A DNA stretch of 64,000 bases from Balamuthia mandrillaris (Eukaryota). A program made the translations under genes and the position numbers. Below, one piece after another: positions 10,986-24,898 of this stretch; position 1 is the first letter of the stretch; the number at the start of each line of letters is the position of its first letter. The notes under the pieces are model-generated. The model had not been told where the DNA came from. It ran no database searches and worked only from the letters and a program-made list of their open reading frames with translations. Location: the NCBI GenBank assembly GCA_031835245.2, contig JAVKOQ020000059.1, forward strand, positions 124,001 to 188,000, written 5' to 3'.

Positions 10986-13900
10986 TTACAAAGGATCGTA
11001 GCCGCTGCCGGAGGGAGGAGGATCTCGTTTGGAATAAAAAGGCTTAAGGCAAGTGTCCTTTTGCAGTTTACGAAAGACCGCTTTGCCCGTTGTGGGATCC
11101 GTTGATAATTGCAACAAGAACCTAAACTGTGGGCACTCTCCCAGAAAATCTGAAAGTACAAACACTTAAACACAAAGAGAAAGACAGGAGGGAGGGAACG
11201 AGAGATAGTTCGAAGCAGAGCAGATGGAAGAGGAGAAAAATACCAGGAAGGGTTTTCTTGGCGCCAGCTGTGTCCGACTTTTGGACGAGGTAATGCTTGA
11301 TCTCTCCGGGAGCTTGCTTGGACATGCCAACGTAGGCGATGCCAAACTGGCCAGGGTGCCGCTCCGAAAAGCGAAGCAGAAAGGTGCCTGGCTCGTGCCC
11401 TTTCAGCGCTTCGGTAACGTCCGTCCGTGTCAAGAAGCCATAAATCAATCTGTTGCGAAGACAGTGAGCATTAGAAAGGGAAGAGAAAAAACAAGAGAAG
11501 GAGAGAAAGAGCATGGCCTTCAAAAGATAAGGAGGAAAAGATAAAAGAGGAGATATTAACCCTTGCTGCCAAAGCTTGCTGATGTGACGCTGATAACGCA
11601 GTATCTGCAAGTTCTTCCCGAACCAATTCCAAAACGTGTCAAAGTCCTTCAGCGTCAACTCGTCCTTATTGCCAAAGAACGTGGCCTTAATGTACTTAAG
11701 GTCATAGGCAGAGAGACATCTTGCGGGGCGAATGGAGTCTTGTTTGGTGGCCTTTAGCAAATGCCGCTGAAGGGCGTTGGCAAATTGGGGCCATGGTATG
11801 CCCAGTTGCCCTCCAAAAGCGTCTCGCTTGAGGAGAGTGCCGGCGGAGCCCTGCCACTGAATCTCGTTCGTGATGACGATAAAGTCTCGAGAAGTGTCAC
11901 TTTCCACTGTGGCAGTCAACGAAGCAGCTGAAGAAGTGGTAGCAGAAGGAGAGGAAGACGAAGGAGCAGAAGAGGAAGAACCAGAAGGAGAGGAAGAAGA
12001 AGCGGAAGAACCAAGAGGAAGACCAACTTTGAGTTGCATGCTGAACTTGAGAGAGACACAGCTCTTACGAGTGCCGATCTGGAAGCGGAGAGGGAATCGG
12101 GCGATGCGCTTGCCAGGGTCGAGCGGTTGTACGTTGTTGCCGAGGGCCTTCTCCGACATATCCTGCACTTGGTGGCTGTCGATGATCATTGAGGCCTTGA
12201 CAGGGCTGCAGCTTTGTACTGTGGTGGTGGCTCCGCACAGCAGCTGTACTTGGATGGTGTCCTCTGAAACTTGTTTGTTTTTGGTGAGCACCATTGGGAA
12301 CGGCTGCTTTATTACCACTAGTGCTGCTATGCTGTGGATGATTTGTGTTTAATAACGTTGATTTGGAAAAATTTGAGTCAGAGAGAAACACAAAACGATT
12401 AACTTGAAAAAGAACTAACCATCGAGGAGCAGGAGATTGCATCAACAATTGCAGCTCCAAGTTATAAAGCTCTAATTGCTTGGCTTGAATTTCGAGCTCT
12501 TGTTTCAACGCCGTTTGCTTGTAAAGATCTGTTGGTTGCAACAAAAAGTTTCTGTTGATCTCGTTCACAAACTTTAGCTCTTCCTCCAGCTTCGCTTTTA
12601 GCTGCTTCTGCTCTGCGTCGAGGTACTGATAGCTCTCCACGGAGGGTTGGCTAACAAGCTGCAGCTGGAGGCTGCAAAACTTATGGAGAAGCTCCTTTTG
12701 TTCCATTTGGGCAAGTTCAAGTTGTTCTAACAGCTGATGAGCTCTGTCGAGCGGCTTGGCTGGTAACAGCACAGCAGAAGGAGTATAGAGAGTGGATGTG
12801 GATGAAGATGGAGAGGAATGAAGGTGAGGAGGATGAAGTGTATGTGGAGGTGACATAAAGGAGGTGGAGGCAGATGGAGACCACCCCGCTCCGGGAGAGG
12901 CCAAAGAAGAAGGAGCGGGAGAAGAAGGAGCAGAGTGTTGTGGAGAAGAAGGAGGAGCAGACATTACACCGCTGCCACTCCCAGCGGAGGAAGATGGAGG
13001 AAGCGGTGAAGGAGCAGGAGAGGGGGATGTAATGGATGGCAAAGTTGGGGGGGAAGAGGGTTCGGTTTTAGTATTCGTGGCAGAGGAAGAGGAAGTCGAC
13101 GAAGAAGCAGAAGAAGTGGAACTTCCCTGTGCTGAGGAAGTAGCAGAAGAAGATAGCTCATGCTTTCTCTTCTTGACGGACTCCCCAGATGAGAGCTGCA
13201 GTGACGCAAGGTCTGCCGGTAGCTGTTGTTGCTGATGGTGGTGTTGTTGTGTGTAAAAGTGGTGATGGTTGTGAGGATAAAGATGGTATTGGAGTTGTTG
13301 TTGCGGTGCGACACCATTGCTTGTAGCGACAGTGGCACTTCCACCACCGCCCGTGGTTGGAATAAAACGAGGAATAAAGGCAGCGGAAGCGCTCGTTGGT
13401 TGTGCCCGAGAAGAGACAGAAGATGGAGAAGATGCGGAAGGCGAAAAAGAAGCAGGAGCAGAAGCAGCTGGAACGTGCTGACGGTGGTGATGTGGATGTG
13501 GATGGGGATGAGGTTGGGCATGATAGTGAGGCACAGTCCCTCCTCCTCCACTTCGAGCAGTGAGATAAGGCGGTACGTGGAATGGCTGTTGTTGTGATGA
13601 TGGTGGTGGTTGATAGTTCATTTCATAGCTTTGTTGTTGATGCTGATGAGGAAGATGCCATGAATGAGGAGGAGCAGGAGCGTGACTGCCTTCAACTGAC
13701 CAGCCCCAACCCCCAGTAAAAGCAGAAGGATGAGAGGGAGGAGCGGCAGCAGCTTCCATCATCATGCCTCCTCTACTTTCGTAATGTTGTGCCCGAAGCT
13801 CCGACGCACAAGAAGAGGAGGAGGAAGAAGAGGAAGAAGTATGAGGCATGGCGGTCATGGCGGAAGAAGAGGAAGCAGAGGACGCGGAATAAGGAGAGTG

Positions 13901-14230
13901 GTAAGAAGGGGCACCGCCGCTGCCACCAGCGCTTTCCTCCAGCGCATCTCCGCTTTGAGGCAAAAGGCTCAAGAAAGAGTGCGAGAACAGTTCTTCTTCT
14001 CCAGATCTGGTTTTTTTGTGTGTGTGTTTCGTTGAGCACGAGAGAGACAGAGAGAGGGAGAAAGGCAAAAAAACAAAAGGGAAAAAAAGTAGCACAAATA
14101 AGATATCAAATTAGAAAGAAGGAAAAGAAAAACAAAAAAAATAATAATAATACTAAACGTACGTGCTGAACATTTCTATGAGGTCATGAGCGTCCATGGG
14201 TTGGCCGTCCCGAAGATGAGGTTGTTGCAT
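10986..14230 (-). CDS. Amoebozoan-type STAT transcription factor (low-complexity N-terminus, coiled coil, DNA-binding domain, SH2, C-terminal Tyr)
   Basis: LVVIKQPFPMVLTKNKQ, FIVITNEIQWQGSAGTLLK, SH2 GTFLLRFSERHPGQFGIAY, and terminal GYDPL* matching the Dictyostelium STAT GYEPL phosphotyrosine motif. The first exon (MQQPHL...) is inferred. Confidence 0.93.
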
Positions 14231-14793
14231 TTCGTCTTCGACCAGCCAAAAGCTGGCTTCCTCCTCGTTTTCTTCCGTTTTGGCCGTTCACGTAGCCGTA
14301 GCGACTGGTCTCCTACAGGGAAAAGTTTCTTGCTTGGATCGCCTTGCTTCATTTTTTTGATTTATTTTTTTTAATATTAAAAAGATCATACCACACCACG
14401 AAGCAGAAAGAAGAAGGACTAAGAACAACATAGAGAGAGAGAGAGAGAGGAATTGAATCGCACCGTTCGCTTTTCTTCGCCGCCTGCTGCTACAACACAA
14501 GATCCAAGAATTTTTTTCAGTTTTTTTTTTTGTTTTTTTTGCATTCCTTTCTCTTGTCGGCAGAAAACAAACTGGATTTAATTATTGACGTCCTAAAAAT
14601 AATTAAGGTCGCTTTGCCGGGCTTCGATCACATTTTGGGTCGACATGTTGGTCGACAAATAAAAAGGGATTTTTGATTTGACCTGCACAAAGTGATGACA
14701 TGAAGAGCAGTTTTGTGTGTGTCGACATTAAATTGTAATTGTCGTGTCGACATTGAATCTGCATCTCTTTTTTTTTCGTTTTTTTATTATAAC

Positions 14794-16756
14794 TTATTCT
14801 CTTCCGAAAGGAAAGGAGATGGGGTCGTTCACGGGGTTGACAGACATGGACATCACGTCGGTGGTTCCATACGTCACGGAGCTTGCGGTCAAAGGAGGTG
14901 CTATGATATCCTCGCCCTTCCGTTTGCCTTCCTGCTGCTTCTTCTTCTTGCTCTCATCCTTCAGCCGGTTCAGCTGTTCCTTGAAGAAGAACATTATCAA
15001 ACAAGCCACGGCAGTGAAGCTCAAGAAGATGTACTGAGAGGTCGGGATGTGGCCATTGTCGATAAAGTGGTTCAAGAGGAAGATCATGCCGATGCCTGAT
15101 ATCTGTCCGCTGGTGACGAGAAGGCCAGAGGGAATGGCTTCTCCCACCGGATAAGCTACCTCGCTCCCCAACTCCAACGAAATGGGCAACACTTTTGGGA
15201 TTAAATAGAATTGAAATGTGTTCATGAACAATGAAAAAAAAACAAAACATAGAGAGAGAGAGAGAAGCAGATGAAGCAGAGAGCAGAGAAGAACTTGCAG
15301 GGAGACGAAAAGAGAATCATGAGCTTAAAGGAGGAGACAAGATGTACCAGGAGTCATCGAACAACCCAATAAAGTGGTTGCAACACAAAGGAACGGAAAT
15401 CTGTTTGGTTGCAACAATAATGTAAACATTACCATCGACCCTGTTTTTTTAATGTGGTCAAAACGTGATTACAGGGAAAGATAGAAATCGAGAGAGAGAG
15501 AAGAGAGAGAGAGAGAAGAGAGAGAGAGAGTACCAGTGGCGCAGAATAGGCAAACAATCAACGTGAACTTGTACCAATGCATGTAGTCCACAAAAGCACC
15601 TACGAGCCCACTTGCAAGAATACCACAACCAACAGCCAACACACCAAGAACACTTGCTTCGCTCTGAATATTATATTAATATGTAAGTAATGTTGAATGT
15701 CAAGGAATAGAAAGAGAGAGGCTATATTTTTCTGTTAGTGAGAACGTACGTTGGAATAGCCATAAGGTTGTATAACTTCGTTTAAGAGAGTTGCTAAAGT
15801 GTTGAAGGCTCCAAGTGCAAGAGAAAACTGAAGTAATAAGACCTAGGATTGACGTTCGTTAGTTGCTCGTTATAATAAAGAACAATTAAAGAAAAGAACA
15901 AGTTAAATAAAAAAAGAACAGTAGTAGAAGGCTTACCCAAAAGTTAGGGTTGGACAGAGTACGCAGTGTGGATCGCACATAGGATCCAGGTACGACTTGT
16001 CGAGCAGCAGATGCGCTCGGCGGCGTTGGAGGAGCCCCTCTGAAGAATGCGATCAGGGGAAGACTGAAGGCGAGAACAACGCCAGCTTCGACATAGAGCA
16101 GCGTGGGAAGGTCTTCTGCTTTATGAACCACCATAGAGGGTAATACCATTCCAATACCCACTCCTATTGGATTCGACACAGATGCTATCGTTGTAGCCAA
16201 CGCCCGTTGGTTGGCTATGAACAAAACCAAATGGTTAGAACCGATAACAAGAATGAACAACAGCAGCAGGAGAAAGCTAAACGACAAAGTGAAATGATAA
16301 GGAAAGACAAAGAGGAGGAGGAGGAGGAGGAGAAGAAGAAGAAGAAGAACATGAACAAGAACAATAAGAAGCGAGGAGGTACCGGGAAACCAATTGGCAG
16401 CAATCAACGATTGAGCGTTGAGAATGAAAGGTTGACCTATGGCCGCTATCAACTGCTATTGTGTTAAAAGCAGGAAAACACGGAGTAACAAGAGGAAGAG
16501 CAGCACGGACCTGTCCGATGAACACAGCCCAAAAGCTCCATTTGCCAAAACCTCTGACACCAGCACCGATGCAGGTGGTGATGGTCCCCGCCAAAACTCC
16601 AAAATGAAGGCCCATAGTATCCAACGCCCAACTTGCAGGAAAGACCAAAGGAATGTAGACAGCCATGAAGAGAATGCTCAACATATTCACCTGTTTGTTC
16701 GTTCGAAAAAAAAAGGGTTGCGATTAGACAAGAGAAGCGAGAAGCAAAGCGCAGAG

Positions 16757-16797
<41 letters not shown>

Positions 16798-16818
16798 GAC
16801 AAAGAGACAGAGGGAAGA

Positions 16819-16850
<32 letters not shown>

Positions 16851-17369
16851 ACCAGGAGGAGGAGAACAAAGTGCAAGAGCAAGAGGAACGAGAACAAGAA
16901 CAAGAACAAGAAGAACAAGAAGAAGACGAAAGAAAAATGAAAACAAGAAGGAGAAGGAGGAGCAGAGGAGAAGAAAAGAAGGAGGAGAGAAGAAAGGTGA
17001 AGCTAACCCAAAGAGAGGTCGTATCGTAAAAGTCCCCCACTTTGTCGGAAATAGGGCTGAACGTGATCCACGCGATGGCATTGCCCATGCTTGACAAACA
17101 AAACAACAGCAACATAAACCAACGCCGCTTGTACACCTGTTGTTTGAGTAAACAAGCAACAAAAGAAAGTGTGAGTTGAAGCGTCCTTTCGGTTTGCCTA
17201 AACAAAAACCAAAACGAAGAAGAAGAAGAAGAACAAGAAGAAGAAGAACAAGAAGAAGAAGAACAAGAACAAGTTGAATAATTTATTGAACCTTAAACAG
17301 CGGAGAAGTAGGGTTGATCGCCAGCAACTCATCCGCGCTGGAATACATGGCAGCCTCGTCCTCCATCAT
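14794..17369 (-). CDS. MFS transporter, FLVCR/SLC49 family
   Basis: VYKRRWFMLLLF, NAIAWITFSPI, GQLIAAIGQPFILN, WFPANQRALATTIA, FRGAPPTPPSASA, ELGSEVAYPVGEAIPSGLL. Confidence 0.9.
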
Positions 17370-17759
17370 TTTCTTTCGTCAGCTCGCTTCTTCGGCCGGT
17401 AATGCCGTGACCCTCCTCTTCCTCCTCGGGAATTACTCTCTTTTTCTTTCTTTTCCAATCAATTTATTGCAAAGAATGAAAGGAATTTCAAACATTCTAA
17501 AAATTTTTCCGATCCATTTGGTAAGGAATTCCATAAATTTGGATTATGTTTGGTATTTGTCGACACATACCAAACATTCCAACCCGAAAAAGGACACAAA
17601 ATAGGCGTGACGAAAGTAACGTGCGATGTCGACACAAAAGAGTTGTGGCGCCAAGACCAAATCAAAAAAAATAGAGAGACAGAAAGAAAGGGAAAAAGAG
17701 ACGTAACACGGCCAATTGGCTTTCTGTCTTGCTCTCTCTTTTTTATTTATTGCAGCCCC

Positions 17760-17791
<32 letters not shown>

Positions 17792-18048
17792 GTTGTACGG
17801 TGGGTATCGTATAAATTTGTTTGCCCTCTCTTTGTGTGTGTGTGTGTGTGTCTCTCTCACACCACCCTCTCCTTTCGTTCTCACAGCGGCCAACCGACGC
17901 TGTTTTTTTTTTTTTTTTTTTGAATTGGGGGCGGGGTGTGTTGTGTGGTGTTACTGTTTGCTGCTACTTCTTTTTTTTTCTGAAAAGAGAAGGAGAAAGA
18001 GATTTTTTCGACTCAAAAAGAGAACACGTACAAAGGCCTGTGCACTTT

Positions 18049-18211
18049 ATGCAGAAGCAATTTCAGCTGGGTGGGGAGACCTACACTGGCGAGCTGAGCG
18101 CAGACGGCCGTCCTCATGGCAAAGGCATGATGGTTTGGCCCGATGGCAGCACTTTTATCGGCAAGTTCAAAGGTGCCCACTTTTCTCTCTGCTCTGCTCT
18201 GCTCTGCTCTG

Positions 18212-18255
<44 letters not shown>

Positions 18256-20288
18256 AACCCATCCCCCTCCTCTTGGGTTGCAGATGGAATGGCGAATGGC
18301 AAAGGAGAGCTGCGCCACGCGCGTGGCGACGTTTTTGTGGGACAGCTGAAGGGCGGGCAGTTCCATGGCGAAGGCAGCTACACCTGGTCCAACGGCAACA
18401 CCTACACGGGAGAGTGGCGAGAGGACAAAGGGCATGGCCAAGGTATGTTTGGAAGGTTTTTGTGCACCTTTGTTAGCTAACCTCCTTTTACATTTACAAA
18501 ACAAAGGCACGTATCGGTGGGCAAATGGGCGTGTATATGAGGGGGAGTGGAGGGACGGGAAGTACCATGGGGAGGGAACCTACACCTGGGCCAGCGGCAG
18601 GAAGTATCAGGGGGAGTGGCAGCGGGGCAAATATCACGGCCGTGGCGCGATGACATGGCCGGATGGCAGGCGGTATGAGGGCGACTGGAGACATGGTACG
18701 TTTGCGTGCACCCCATAAGAGGAAGAAGCTGAGAGATGTGTGGTCCTTTGTTCCTTTATGTTTTTTTGTGTGGTGTTTAACATGTTCATTCATTCATCTT
18801 GAAACAAACAGGACATAGAGAAGGGCAAGGAACGTGCGTGTGGTTGGATAGCAGCGGACGTGAGGTGCGCTATACGGGAGAATGGCAAGAGGATGAGTGG
18901 AACGGAAAGGGCAAGATCGTGTGGCCAAACGGCACTCAGCTTTCGGGTGACTTTAAAAACGGGCTTTTGCATGGCGAAGGCATCAAAGTACTGTTTTAAC
19001 CTTCTCGTTCTCACACTCCACTTCCACCTTTCCTCATTATGACCTCTTTCTTATTCGCGCCTTTCTCCTTTTTCCTCTTTTGAATGCAGCTATGGCCAAG
19101 CGGCAACACGTACGTGGGGGAATGGAAGTCAGGCAAGGCGGAGGGGAAGGGCATGTTCACGTGGGTAACAACCAACGAGCGCTATGAGGGCACCTTTAGA
19201 AACGGTCGCAGGAACGGAAGAGGCGCTTATTATTATGCTGATGGCAGCGTCTACGAGGGAGAATGGCAGCATGGCAAAAGGCACGGCAAGGGTCATTATA
19301 CTTGGCCTGGTATGTATATCTCTTTTTTACTTTCCAACGCAGAGCTGTTTTGAGAGATAAGAAAGAGAGAAGAGAGAAATCACTCAGTTGCTCACTGCCT
19401 CACTATAACAATGGGCAGATGGGGAAAGCTATGAGGGAGAATTCAGCCAAGGTGCGCAAACAGGATCTGGAACGTACCATTGGCCCAACGGCAACTATTA
19501 CGAAGGAGAATGTACCGTGAACACTCCTTATTTTTTTTCTTTTGCTCCCCTCATCTTCTGACTTGTCTTCTCGATCTGTTTCGATAAAAAAAAAAGGTCG
19601 TAACAATGTGGCACAAGGAAAAGGCAAATACGTGACCCAATCTCCGAAAGAAACGATCTGCGGATGGTGGGCCGACGGCGAGTTGTCCGTGCAATTAGAC
19701 GAGTCCTCGTTTATGGCTTCGGCCTCCGATTCTTCGTCTGCTTCCTCAACAACCTCAACATCCACGTTGACAAGTCCTCGAACTCATCTTCCGTCTTCTT
19801 CTGCTCACTTTTCAGCAGGAAGAGGAGATTTGTTGGTTGAGTTTGGAGAGGATGAGGATATGAGCTGTGGATTTAGCGACAGTGAAGAAGGAGAACATGA
19901 AGCAGACAAGGAAGGAGATAAAATACAACAAAAAGTGAACATGCTTGGAGAGAGCATGGTTGCTGCGTTGGTTCTGGATGAATCGCCATCGCCAATAGCA
20001 ACGAGAAGAAAAGAGAAGGAGAAAGAGGCAGCCACAACAAAAGCAGAAGAGAAAGAAATGAAGAAGACAACGCAGCAACAAGAGAAGGATGGAGAGATAA
20101 GCGGGTCGGCTGATAAGGAAAACGTGGATGGCAACTCACCTGTTGTTGCAACCAGAAGCAAACATCAACAAAAGAAGAAGTATAAGAAGACCAAGAAGAC
20201 CAAGAGAAACAGCAACAAGTCTCTGACTTCGCAACAGCACTCGGTCCTCGATTCTTCCTCTCCCAGAATTTCCAAACGAACCCTATAA
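18049..20288 (+). CDS. MORN-repeat protein with acidic/basic low-complexity C-terminus
   Basis: Many YxGEWxxGxxHGxGxxxWxxG repeats across several GT-AG exons; the start codon is tentative. Confidence 0.88.
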
Positions 20289-20354
20289 AAGCAAACAAAG
20301 AAAAGAAGAATAGAGAAGAGAACGATGTAGAAATGCTCTTTTGTTAATTCACAC

Positions 20355-21279
20355 TCATTCATTCATCTTTCCTTCGTTACCGCTAAGCGATGTCTCTGCC
20401 AACTTTGACTCCACAGCAAACTTATTTACAAGATCATCGTCCGGCAGCGAGGACAGAATCACAAACAATCTTTTCTTCTCCGCCTCGCTGTCGTTGCTCA
20501 GCGGAGCTTGTTGGATGGTCCGAATGATGGTTTGTATGTGTTGTTGCACCAATTGATCCTCTTTGTTGGCGTGTAGCTTTATGGACAGGTTTTTGTCGGT
20601 GTGTTCTCTCACGTTCAAATTTGCTGCCATAACTATGAGAATAATAGAATAAAGGAGAGAGAGAGAGAGAGAGAGAGAAGCAAGATGAAAGATGAACAAA
20701 GAAAGGAATACCAAAAGATTGGGCAAGCCCAGAGAGGAGATCCTCAGCGCTGTCATCGCCCTGCTGACATATATACATGCTGTGTGACTGCTCGCCTTTT
20801 TTGTTGCGGAGTAAGGTGACCAGCTCCTCAAACAGTCTTTGCTCCAATCCCATGAAGCAACATGCTCTCCATTTAATCAGTGCCATCTTTTTTTTACCCA
20901 AAGGTTACTGATTGTAAAGAGAAGCACAGCAAGAGAGAGAGAGAGAGAAGAGAGAGGGAAAGAGAGAGAGAGGGAGAGAGGGAGGGAGCGCATACTAAGA
21001 ATACATCATGTAATTTGCACGCTGGCAAGAAAAACCGATGCTTCATTTTTTTAGTTTTGTTATAAGGGAAAAGTCAGTCCTGAGGAATAAAACTTAATCG
21101 AGTAAATGCGAAAGTGAGTTACCATGTAAGCACAAACACCACGGACAGCTCTGGCCGTTCCAGCATAGTGTTTCCACCGCCGCACGTACTCTGGTAATAT
21201 GGCTGCATCTGCTGGAAGTTCATTCAGCTGAACAAGGAAAAATGGACAATTATATTTTCAAGAAATGCAGAATGAAAAT

Positions 21280-21320
<41 letters not shown>

Positions 21321-21806
21321 CTGGAAGATTCAGTCATTTAGAAGAGGGATGGATTGGAAAACGGAAAGGAGCAAACAGGAATAGAAAGAAACGACAAGAA
21401 AAAAAGAAAAAAAGAAAGAAAGAAACGACAAGAAAGGAACGACAAGAAAGAAAGAAAGAATGAAAGGAAGGAACGACAAGAAAGAAAGAAAGAAAGGAAC
21501 AACAAGAAAGAAAGAGATAGAAAAAGAAGAAAAATGTATGCTCGATAATACACAAAGAGACAAACATTAACGCTCTCTTTGCACCTGTTGTTCGAGCACG
21601 TTGAGTTTGTGTTGAATTTGTTTCGCTTTACGTTTGCTTCCTCTTCCACTCCCTCTCCATTCGTATTGTTTAACATTCAAACAACTCATTTGGTTGAATG
21701 AATGGTCATTCCTTGAAGAAACCACATGAAAGAGCTTAAAAAGCTCTTTCCATTGTTTCTTCTCTTCGATTTTGTTCTTTATCATCATTATCTTCCTTCT
21801 TATTAC

Positions 21807-21854
<48 letters not shown>

Positions 21855-22327
21855 CAAAGAAGAAGAAGAAGAAGAAGAAGAAGAAGAAGAAAGAAAACTT
21901 GATACCTGTTGGCAATGAAGTAGACACATGCTTTCAAAAAACGAGACGATGAGACTGTACAGTTCCTATTTTGTTTTCGAAAAAAAGAAACTTAAAACAA
22001 AGATCAGAAAGCAAAAAGAAAAAGTACGTACCCGACGTTCTTCAGTTCCTTCCTTCTTTTCGCACGCGAAGAAAAAATGCACCATGCTACACACATGTAG
22101 AAGAAGATGAAACGAGAAAAACAAATCAGCTGCAAAGAAGGGTTTTCGGTTCAACAATAAAAATAATAAAAAATGTAGTGAGCAGTTAACTTGTAAAGTT
22201 CCATCCAACCGGCAGAGTCCAACTGTCGTTGATCGATGAGGATGAAGCCCTTGTGAAGCCTCTCCCACACGGCTTGCACCGTTTCCCGTCCCATTTGCTC
22301 GCTGCTCCGCCGCATCTGCAGTTGCAT
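20355..22327 (-). CDS. Short cullin-N-terminal-repeat protein (CACUL1-like architecture, no cullin homology/Nedd8 domain)
   Basis: Hand-spliced: VWERLHKGF...GWMELYNMVHFF...ELYSLIVSFLKACV...EYVRRWKHYAGTARAVRGVCAYM-HRFFLP...DVFLMALIKWRACCF...RLFEELVTLLRNKKGE...GLAQSFV, following the helix pattern of cullin repeat 1. Needs a 13-nt exon at 21584-21572. Confidence 0.65.
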
Positions 22328-22544
22328 CTCTTGCCTTGGCGGCTGCTACTCTTTTTTTCTTCTTAATTCACTGATCAAAGAATAACCATGACGACATGAA
22401 TTAACGCAATTTCTGCCGACAATTTTCGATCGATCATATGTTAAACAATCTACCAATCGTGAACTGCCACATCAGCTCGGATAATTGTCACGTGCGGCTA
22501 TTATAATTGGAAGAAAAGAAAAGCAAACTAACACGGAAGCGCGG

Positions 22545-24850
22545 ATGAGGAAAGAAGAGACGGCGCTGCGCAACAATGGAGGACAAGGGTGGAGCGCCGC
22601 CACCTCGCCCGGCCTGGCCGAGCGGCTGCACTACAAAGTGGACTTCTACCTGTCCGGCAGTCGCTACGCCCGCTTCATCCTCCTCGGCACGGTCTCCTTG
22701 GCCCTGACCTTGCTCTGCGCCTGCCTGGCCTACGTGGTGCTCGGCCGGGACTCCCACCACCACCCCGACTTTAGCTTTGGGGAGGCGATGTGGTGGGCCA
22801 TGGTGCGGATGATAGACACGGGAGCCCTGGAGTCGGAGGACGTGGCCCCGGCCTCGCGGCTCCTCAGCGTCTTCGCCACGCTCTGCGGGCTGGCCGTGGT
22901 GGCCTCTCTCATCGGTCTGGTCAATGCAACCCTGGAGGAGAAGTTTGAGGAGCTGCGGCGGGGCAAGAGCAAGGTGATAGACAGGAACCACACCCTTATC
23001 CTGGGCTTTCAGCAGGAGAAGCTGCTGGCTATTCTGGCCGAGCTGAGAGAGATCCAGCGCAACGAGCAAGGGCAGGCCCACAGGGAGAAGGGCAGGAAGG
23101 GCCGCAGCGTGGTGGTCCTGTCGGAGGTGGACAAGTTGCAAGTGGAGGCCATCATTCGGGAGCACTTGGGCAGCATGTTGAACACGTCGGTGGTCGTGCG
23201 GCAGGGCTCCGTTTATTCTCCTATTGACTTGCGCAAGGTTTGCGTTACGCCGCTTGGCGTCTCTTTCGTTCTTTGTTTTCTTCTCTGTTCTCTCTCGTTC
23301 TCTCCCTTCTCCATTTTCTGCCTTCTCTCCTTTGTGCCGGTGTCTCATGTGCTTGTGCATGAAAATAGGTTGGTGCGGAGAGGGCACGAAGCATCATAGT
23401 GCTAACCGATGATAACGATTCGGACAGCGGTAGCAACGGCGATGGCAACGGTAACTGCAACAACGGAGATAACGACACTCGTTTGAGAGATATAGGTGCT
23501 ATCAAAACGCTGTTAGCTCTGCGAAGGATCGATGGCGTCCTCCATAACAACTACGTGGTAATCGAGCTGCAGGATTCCAGCCGCAGAGCTGTCGTGGAGC
23601 GGCTCGGCAAGAATCGTACTAAAGTTGTAAATATGAGCGAAACCTTGAGCAAGATTTTAGTGCAGACCTCCAGGTTTCTCTTGCTTTCTCCTTCTTGTTC
23701 TTAAGCTTTGTTCTCATTCCTGGTTTCACTGTTAACCACAATAGACAAAGAGGATTGGCAGCCATCTATGCAGACCTTTTAACATTTGTCGGCTCTGAGT
23801 TTTACTATAAGAACTTTCCAGAGTTGGAGGGCGTGGCCTTTGGTCGGGTGCAATCCATGATGAACGGGGCAGTGGTGTTGGGTGTGCAGAGAACGAAGGA
23901 GAAGAATCTTTCCTTTACCATCCTTAATCCCAAAGATGACTTTGTCATTCGCGCCGAGGACGACATTCTTGTCATCTCTGAGTGCGGAGGCACCTTCGCT
24001 CTCACCGGTAACTTCTCATTTGCTGTCCCGGACTCGCTCCAACGAGATGCTGCAGGCGAGAAGAAACGAAGAAAGAAGCATCGAAAGAAGAAGCAACAAC
24101 AAATGAAAAAGCAACGACAGAAAATGAAAGAAGAGGGAGAAAAGAAGAACGAAGCCGTTACCACTCACCACAAGATGGAGACATTCCTCATATGTGGTTA
24201 TGGAAGAAAGCTGCCAGCTGTTCTCACCGAGTTTGATCGGTACTTGGGGCCGGGCTCAGCTATTTACATCATGTTGGGACTGCCCAACAAACAAGAACGT
24301 CCCGCGATTGAAGAACTTAAAGCCTTGCCTCTCCGAAACATTACCTTGAGTTTTGTCAACGGTTCGTTTTCATTCTTTCTCATCTTTCTAATCGGTTTTC
24401 ATTCTTTCTTGCTTACAGAGTACGAATAGGAGATCCAACAACACCACAAGGATTGCGGCAACTGGTTGGCACAACATTTGAAGAGCTAAAATGTACTATC
24501 GTCTTAGCCAACGATCACCTTCCCTCCGAGGAGGCAGATGCCCACACCATCATTACTGTGTTGCTGCTGAGCGAGCTCCTTGATGACATGTTTGCTTGCG
24601 CCACGCGTAAACGAAAACGGAAGCCGCGCATCATTTGGTACATGTTTAGCTTCTTCTTTGGTCTTGTTTCTATCTTGTGTTCGCTAGCTTACACAAATGT
24701 TCATAAGCGAGATAATGGACACTCGGTCAAAGGACTTGCTTTCTCAGGACGAAGGGGTGGAGTTTGTGCTGTCCACTCTCATCACAAGTCGTCTCATCAC
24801 ACAAATATCGGAACAACCTGGTATCAGCGAAGTCTTTGGTATACTCTTCC

Positions 24851-24898
<48 letters not shown>

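Noticed and set aside
21074..21076. Apparent second in-frame TGA (YM-D-*-LFP) in the cullin-like gene if the CAG acceptor at 21081-21080 is used
   Set aside because: A downstream AAG acceptor gives YM-HRFFLP, which fits the cullin Y(L/M)xR pattern better. The TGA lies in a CTGAC branch-like motif and no SECIS is visible in the 3' UTR.
21655..21712. Imperfect inverted repeat in an intron of the cullin-like gene as a possible miRNA precursor
   Set aside because: The stem is short and AT-rich with large asymmetric loops; not supportable without small RNA data.
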